IMG/VR virus record: IMGVR_UViG_3300025467_000009
Span: 1-64,000 of that record
Length of the DNA stretch: 64,000 bases
Strand: one strand, 5' to 3'
DNA from: a virus
The notes under the pieces were generated by a model. That model made no database searches and was not told where the DNA came from. It worked only from the letters and a program-made list of their open reading frames with translations. The position numbers and the translations under genes were made by a program. Of the stretch, positions 59,148 through 64,000 are shown piece after piece; the stretch's first letter is position 1, and every line of letters begins with the position of its first letter.

Positions 59148-59632
59148 AATTACCTGAAAGAGTCACTTACCAAATTTCAAGAAGAGCATTGGAGATTGCC
59201 TATGACAATGCGCCTAAGGATACAGGTTCAGGAGCATCTAGACTTCAAGCAATAAATGCAGAAGGAATGGTTGGTATAAAAGCTCCTGACTACATGGTGG
59301 TTCAAAATTTTGGTGCAAAACCAAGAGTAATGTGGGAACTTTCAGGTAAGGTAATTCCAATTAGGTTACCTTCTGGCCAAATAATTTTTAGGACTGCTAC
59401 TGCTAGTAATATTGGTAAAACTAAAATAGTTTCTCGTGATGAAAAGGGAAGAATTATTAGTACCAAAATTAGTTGGAGGTACCCAGGACTTAAAGGTAGC
59501 CACTTCATTGATAATGCTCTTAAACAAGCATTTAATGAATGGGCAAGAGCTTCATCAGGTGCAGGAGCTATTTCAATGTTAGAAGAGAGCGAAGTCCGTT
59601 TTCTTATAGAGACTATAAAAGAGTTACGCTAA
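59144..59632 (+). CDS. Tail completion protein (HK97 gp10-like)
   Basis: APKDTG...FGAKP...YPG.KG.HFI..AL. Confidence 0.6.
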   Translation: MKLPERVTYQISRRALEIAYDNAPKDTGSGASRLQAINAEGMVGIKAPDYMVVQNFGAKPRVMWELSGKVIPIRLPSGQIIFRTATASNIGKTKIVSRDEKGRIISTKISWRYPGLKGSHFIDNALKQAFNEWARASSGAGAISMLEESEVRFLIETIKELR

Positions 59633-60285
59633 TGCTTATTACAGGTGTAAAAATTGCAATAGTAGAAGCACTTGTTGCCGGATTTAATGCAATAAATCCT
59701 GCCCCATCAGGTCGTCAAGTTGGTATACCAAGTTCTTCAACTTTAGACCTAACACCAAACTCAGTAACAATTGAGTATCCAAAAGAGATGGCTCACTGGC
59801 CTGCAATCTTTGTCCAGTTCAGGCCTTCTAAGACTCAGTGGAGTGGTCTTTACCCAGACACTTACACTTTACCAAGTGGCCAGTATATCTATGGTGCTCA
59901 AGCCGCACTTATGGATAGAACAGGTTACTTTGAAGGGTCAATTGACCTTCAAGTTCTTGCTTTAACTTCTGAAGAAAGAGACCAATTATGGGATACTTTG
60001 TATAATTTGGTCTTAATGAACCCTGGAAACCCAGGAAGTAATGCATTTTATCAAAGTTTAGCAAACAATAATCTTGTAGGGATGACAATTCTTCAAGGAA
60101 CAGTTCAGACACTAGGAGACACAGTTTCTCCTGGAACACCCTGGAGTCCTGAAGAATTTAGTTATGAATCCTCTGTAAGAATCCAATGTGTAGGTGACTT
60201 CTATGAAAGCAAGTTTGATGTTCTAACACCTACCCTACAAACCGTAGTATTAAGTGGAACACTTTCTTATCAATTTGAAGCTTAA
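59632..60285 (+). CDS. Tail terminator-like protein
   Basis: Position before the sheath; EYP...WPAI, ALTSEERD.L.D; start ATG 59632. Confidence 0.6.
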   Translation: MLITGVKIAIVEALVAGFNAINPAPSGRQVGIPSSSTLDLTPNSVTIEYPKEMAHWPAIFVQFRPSKTQWSGLYPDTYTLPSGQYIYGAQAALMDRTGYFEGSIDLQVLALTSEERDQLWDTLYNLVLMNPGNPGSNAFYQSLANNNLVGMTILQGTVQTLGDTVSPGTPWSPEEFSYESSVRIQCVGDFYESKFDVLTPTLQTVVLSGTLSYQFEA

Positions 60286-60288
60286 CAT

Positions 60289-60317
60289 TGTAAAAATAAA
60301 AAGATGTCATACTTAGT
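60289..60317 (+). promoter_or_regulatory. Phage promoter motif TGTAAA-N19-TAGT
   Basis: Upstream of the sheath gene. Confidence 0.55.
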
Positions 60318-60337
60318 ACCTGTAAGGAGAATTCTCT

Positions 60338-61849
60338 ATGGCCGTTAACAACTATCAGAACCCAGGGGTTTATGTAAGTCAGGTTACCAACCCGTCACTT
60401 ACTACAGCCAACCCCCAATCACTTAACATTTGCTTCCTTGCAAATGCTAGTGGCAATAACCCAGTTGCTCCTCAGACCGACCGTTTTCTTGTAACTTCCG
60501 GAACTTCAGCCCCTATGAGTTTTGCATTAACTCAAAGCGGTGTAGTAACTTCTAGTGTTGTAGTAACTAACAATACAACCGGAGCAACATTAACACTTGG
60601 TACTGACTATGCATTAACTACTGTTAATAATACTACTACACTTACTACAATTACAGGTGGATCAGGAATTGCTGGTGTTGGTGCAAATGGTTGGATTGCA
60701 ACTAACTATAACTACACAACAGCAGTTCCAGGTCAAACCTATACTTTCTATAACTTTAATAGTGTTCAAAATACTTTTGGTCCTGCTTTCAGTTATAACA
60801 ATAATGGTACAGTAACTGTAAACAGCCCTGCATCTTTTGCTTCTTGGCTTGCCTTCCAGAATGGTGCTCAAGTTGTAAGTTGTCAAAACATTATTAGTGC
60901 TAGCGGTAATACTGGTACTGAGCAAGACTTCCTAAACGCAGTTCAAGGACTTGTAAAAGTTCCTGGAATTAACGTTATTGTTCCACTTAAGTATGACACA
61001 ACTTACAACCCAGGTGGTAGTGGTGCTGGAACATTGTTTGGTGGACTTAACAATTTCTTGACCGCTCAAGCAACCAACGGTGTTTATCAAAGAGCATTTG
61101 TTGGTATGGATTCCACAGTTAGTGGTACAAACCTAATCAACACAGTTTCAAAGATTGCAACTGCTATTGGTTCTAATGGTTCTGGTTCAAGAATGACTTT
61201 AGCAGTTCCACAACAAGTTAATGTTAACCCAGGACTTAACTCAGTTACTGGTATCAGTACTAGTTATGTAACTGTTGATGGTATTTACTTGGCAGCTGCA
61301 CTTGCTGGTTTATTCACAGGTCAGGCAGATGTTTATGTTCCAATTACTCACAAGAATGTAAATGCAATTCAAAGTATTCCTAACCAAATTTCTGCAAGTG
61401 ACAGTACTACAATTCAGAGTTTTGGTGGTACAGTTGTTAGACAACGTGCAAATGGTACACTTTATGTACGTCATGGTTTGACACTAAATACTACAAACTG
61501 GTTGACCCAAGAACTTTCAATTCAAGCAATTGGTGACAGACTGAGTAATAACATTGCTCAAACTCTCAATAACTCAACACTTATTGGTAGTCCACTAACA
61601 AACAATACACTAGCAAGTTTGCAAAGTACAGTCTTGGCAACTTTGATGAGAGCAGTTAATACTAATCTTATTCAGAGTTACCAAAACCTGACTTATGCTA
61701 CAAACCCAGCTAATCCTACAAATGTAGTTGTTAGTTTCCAATACTCACCAACAATTCCACTGAACTACGTTAATGTTAACCTATCTGTCAATGTTCAAAC
61801 AGGGTCTATTACTTCTGTAAGTAACGTTGGTAGTACATACGTAGGCTAG
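60338..61849 (+). CDS. Tail sheath protein
   Basis: Y..PGVYV N-terminus; VRHGLT, ELSI, YSP..PLNYV.V C-terminus. Confidence 0.85.
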   Translation: MAVNNYQNPGVYVSQVTNPSLTTANPQSLNICFLANASGNNPVAPQTDRFLVTSGTSAPMSFALTQSGVVTSSVVVTNNTTGATLTLGTDYALTTVNNTTTLTTITGGSGIAGVGANGWIATNYNYTTAVPGQTYTFYNFNSVQNTFGPAFSYNNNGTVTVNSPASFASWLAFQNGAQVVSCQNIISASGNTGTEQDFLNAVQGLVKVPGINVIVPLKYDTTYNPGGSGAGTLFGGLNNFLTAQATNGVYQRAFVGMDSTVSGTNLINTVSKIATAIGSNGSGSRMTLAVPQQVNVNPGLNSVTGISTSYVTVDGIYLAAALAGLFTGQADVYVPITHKNVNAIQSIPNQISASDSTTIQSFGGTVVRQRANGTLYVRHGLTLNTTNWLTQELSIQAIGDRLSNNIAQTLNNSTLIGSPLTNNTLASLQSTVLATLMRAVNTNLIQSYQNLTYATNPANPTNVVVSFQYSPTIPLNYVNVNLSVNVQTGSITSVSNVGSTYVG

Positions 61850-61863
61850 AAAGAAAGTAACTT

Positions 61864-62400
61864 ATGGCAACCTCAAAGTTTCGCGTAGGTGGTGGTTATA
61901 CCTCCATCAACTTTAATGGACAACCTCTACTATATGTAGATGTTATTAGAGAGACAGCACCACGCCCTGTCGCTCAAGCACAATCTATTCAACCAATGGA
62001 CAGTGCTTATCCAATTGAAATTGCTTTTCCGGCAGCACTAGAAGCCGGTAATCTTGATATTACATTCCGTGAACAATGGGATGCAGAAGTCTGGGCATAT
62101 CTACCTGGAGCTGGTTTTCAAAATGCCAGTGACTTGTTGGATGTTTTCAGGGCACAGTTAACAGGAAGTGCATTAGGCAACGACTGGACTGTGACAAAAG
62201 TAATCACAAACCCAAACGGTAATCACAGAACGATTACTTACATGGGTATTGTGGTAGTTAATGTTATGGTAGACGAAGTTGTAAATATCGGATCTATGAC
62301 ATTCCCGAAGAGCGTTCAGATGATGTATCTCCGTCGTCAAGAATCCCAAAATGTAAACAACTCTTCAGCTTTGACCTACCCAGGTCAACAGGTTCTCTAA
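61864..62400 (+). CDS. Tail tube protein
   Basis: 178 aa directly after the sheath; IQP.D..YP.EI, E.W...VW. Confidence 0.75.
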   Translation: MATSKFRVGGGYTSINFNGQPLLYVDVIRETAPRPVAQAQSIQPMDSAYPIEIAFPAALEAGNLDITFREQWDAEVWAYLPGAGFQNASDLLDVFRAQLTGSALGNDWTVTKVITNPNGNHRTITYMGIVVVNVMVDEVVNIGSMTFPKSVQMMYLRRQESQNVNNSSALTYPGQQVL

Positions 62401-62421
62401 TTCTTAGAAAGGAATATTAAA

Positions 62422-63345
62422 ATGCCTGCCCGTTCAGTAGTAATTCAATTGCAGCCTGGAGTACAACAAGCTATCCTTCCGGACCACCGTAAGATGCTTC
62501 CAGGAATCCAATATGTAATCGACTGGGAAACCTTCGACAAGCTTTCGCTAGGTGCCCGTCAAAATGTTATTCAAGTTGTAACCGTTAATAATGACGCTAC
62601 AACTGCAAGTGGTTCATATGTACTTGCTCAGTCTTCAACAGGTGTTAACGCACAGTTGAGCCTTAGTACTGTACTTACAACCGTAAGCACCACACCAACC
62701 ACTTACACTCTTGCTGGTTTTGCAAGTCAGGGTTATGATGCAGGTGGAACACAAGGTACCAACGTTGGTGTTAGTCCAAACTATACTGGTAATGCTTCTA
62801 ACCAAGCACTTACTGGTCCTGCCGGTGAGCGTTACCTATATGTTTACAATGCTAACGCTACTATTACAAGTGGTCAAGTAACTGTATGGCAAGACGAAGT
62901 ATCTCGCTTTGCTACCAACGGCCGTCCTACCTACCAAGTATTTGTTGATGGACAAGGTACACAGTACGTAGCTTCTAGTGATGACACTAACGTTAACCCA
63001 ACAGTTGTAGGTACAAAGGCCGGCCGCTTTGCTGGTGTTGCTCTTGTTACTATTCCTAGTGGTAACTACGGTTGGATCCAATCAGAAGGTTTCTGCCCAT
63101 ACGTTTCAGCTAGTGGTAACTTTGCTGCTGGTGCTACACTTGCCGTTGGTGGTACTGGTGTTGCTAACTCACAAGCTAGTGGTGCAACTGTTGTTAATGG
63201 TGTTACCGTTTCAGGTAGTGCACTTTCAAACAACGTATTTGGTACAGCACTTGCTTCACTTAGTGGAACTGGTTTCATTAGTGCAGACATCCGTTCAGTA
63301 TCTAAGGTCAAGAAGCCTTACAACCGTTTCCTTAATAAGAACTAA
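62422..63345 (+). CDS. Probable structural protein with decoration/cement-like C-terminal domain
   Basis: AGVALVTIPSGNYGWIQSEG; S/G/T-rich; strong codon bias. Confidence 0.55.
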   Translation: MPARSVVIQLQPGVQQAILPDHRKMLPGIQYVIDWETFDKLSLGARQNVIQVVTVNNDATTASGSYVLAQSSTGVNAQLSLSTVLTTVSTTPTTYTLAGFASQGYDAGGTQGTNVGVSPNYTGNASNQALTGPAGERYLYVYNANATITSGQVTVWQDEVSRFATNGRPTYQVFVDGQGTQYVASSDDTNVNPTVVGTKAGRFAGVALVTIPSGNYGWIQSEGFCPYVSASGNFAAGATLAVGGTGVANSQASGATVVNGVTVSGSALSNNVFGTALASLSGTGFISADIRSVSKVKKPYNRFLNKN

Positions 63346-63396
63346 TTAATCATCTATAATTATTGGTAGGTAGTTACCCTTGACCAAGGAGTAGAG

Positions 63397-63900
63397 ATGA
63401 AACGAAACGAACAAAGCAGCGTAAACCCTTTAGGTGCAGAAGTTTTTCCAGAAGAGTGGAAAGAACCTTTTGAAGGACTTCTGTACCTAGGGTACTTGCA
63501 CAAAGAAATTAAGAAAATCCCATTTCACACTTTTGTAGTAAGAACTCTAACGGTAAATGAAAAGCTAGAAATTACACTAGCAACCAAGGATTATCAAGAC
63601 ACAGTAGGATACGGTAGAGCTTACCGAGCAGCAGTTGTTGCCGCAGGTCTTGAGAGTGTAGATGGTAGGGAGTTAATTCCTTCTGTAAAGGGAACTAACA
63701 CCTTTAGACAGAAGTTTGAGTACGTCATCAACAGTTGGTATGACGGAGTAATTGATGTTCTGTTCGCAGAAATTGACGAACTAGAAGGTCAGGTATTTAA
63801 GGTACTTCAAGAGATTGGAATTCTTCCTAAGGATTCTACAGTCACCCCTATCTTTAAAGATGAAGAAGAGATCAGTGATACCCCAAAAGGTGGGAAGTAG
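63397..63900 (+). CDS. Tail assembly chaperone
   Basis: FEGLLYLGYL...RTLT..E; position after the tube; slippery site at the 3' end. Confidence 0.75.
   Translation: MKRNEQSSVNPLGAEVFPEEWKEPFEGLLYLGYLHKEIKKIPFHTFVVRTLTVNEKLEITLATKDYQDTVGYGRAYRAAVVAAGLESVDGRELIPSVKGTNTFRQKFEYVINSWYDGVIDVLFAEIDELEGQVFKVLQEIGILPKDSTVTPIFKDEEEISDTPKGGK
63882..63888 (+). other. -1 programmed frameshift heptamer C CCA AAA
   Basis: X XXY YYZ in the correct phase; the -1 frame is open to the window end (RWEVDQYLQYHIEMALERG...). Confidence 0.75.
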
Positions 63901-64000
63901 ATCAGTATCTTCAGTATCACATTGAGATGGCCCTTGAAAGAGGGTTCTTTAACAAAGAAGTCTTAAGTGAAGTACAAGAAAAACTACTATTAATTTCTCT

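Noticed and set aside
375-63311. All minus-strand ORFs and short nested plus-strand ORFs
   Set aside because: They lie within long + strand genes and show no motifs; they are explained by codon bias.
1-64000. CRISPR array, rRNA, integrase, or stop-codon reassignment
   Set aside because: No regularly spaced repeats or such genes were seen. TAA, TAG and TGA all end genes, and coding density is high in the standard code.

Overview
A 64 kb, AT-rich, densely coding segment of a large contractile-tailed (myovirus-type) bacteriophage. All credible genes are on the + strand and read in the standard genetic code. The virion module resembles, from recalled family motifs, the Bxz1/Myrna-like actinobacterial myoviruses. 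It runs portal (24341), prohead protease (27638), scaffold, decoration protein, major capsid protein (30900), about 24 kb of fibre/receptor-binding cassettes, neck proteins, sheath, tube, and a tail chaperone with a -1 slippery site. The left 24 kb holds accessory and probable internal-head genes (ART-like, ParB-like, papain-like, Dps, metallophosphoesterase, methyltransferase) and a tRNA cluster. Main observations: (1) a tRNA gene is split in its anticodon loop by a 620 nt insert that carries a phage promoter, an endonuclease VII gene and an intact, sequence-divergent tRNA-Asn, suggesting a self-complementing homing cassette; (2) unrelated proteins share a W-x-x-R-Y(-A) leader and [KR]-x-A motifs recur in head-region proteins, suggesting a capsid-targeting and protease-processing system; (3) a recurring TGTAAA-N18-(T/A)AG promoter motif; (4) modular two-gene fibre cassettes with domains inserted at fixed positions. 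All functional calls come from reading motifs by eye; no database searches were run.
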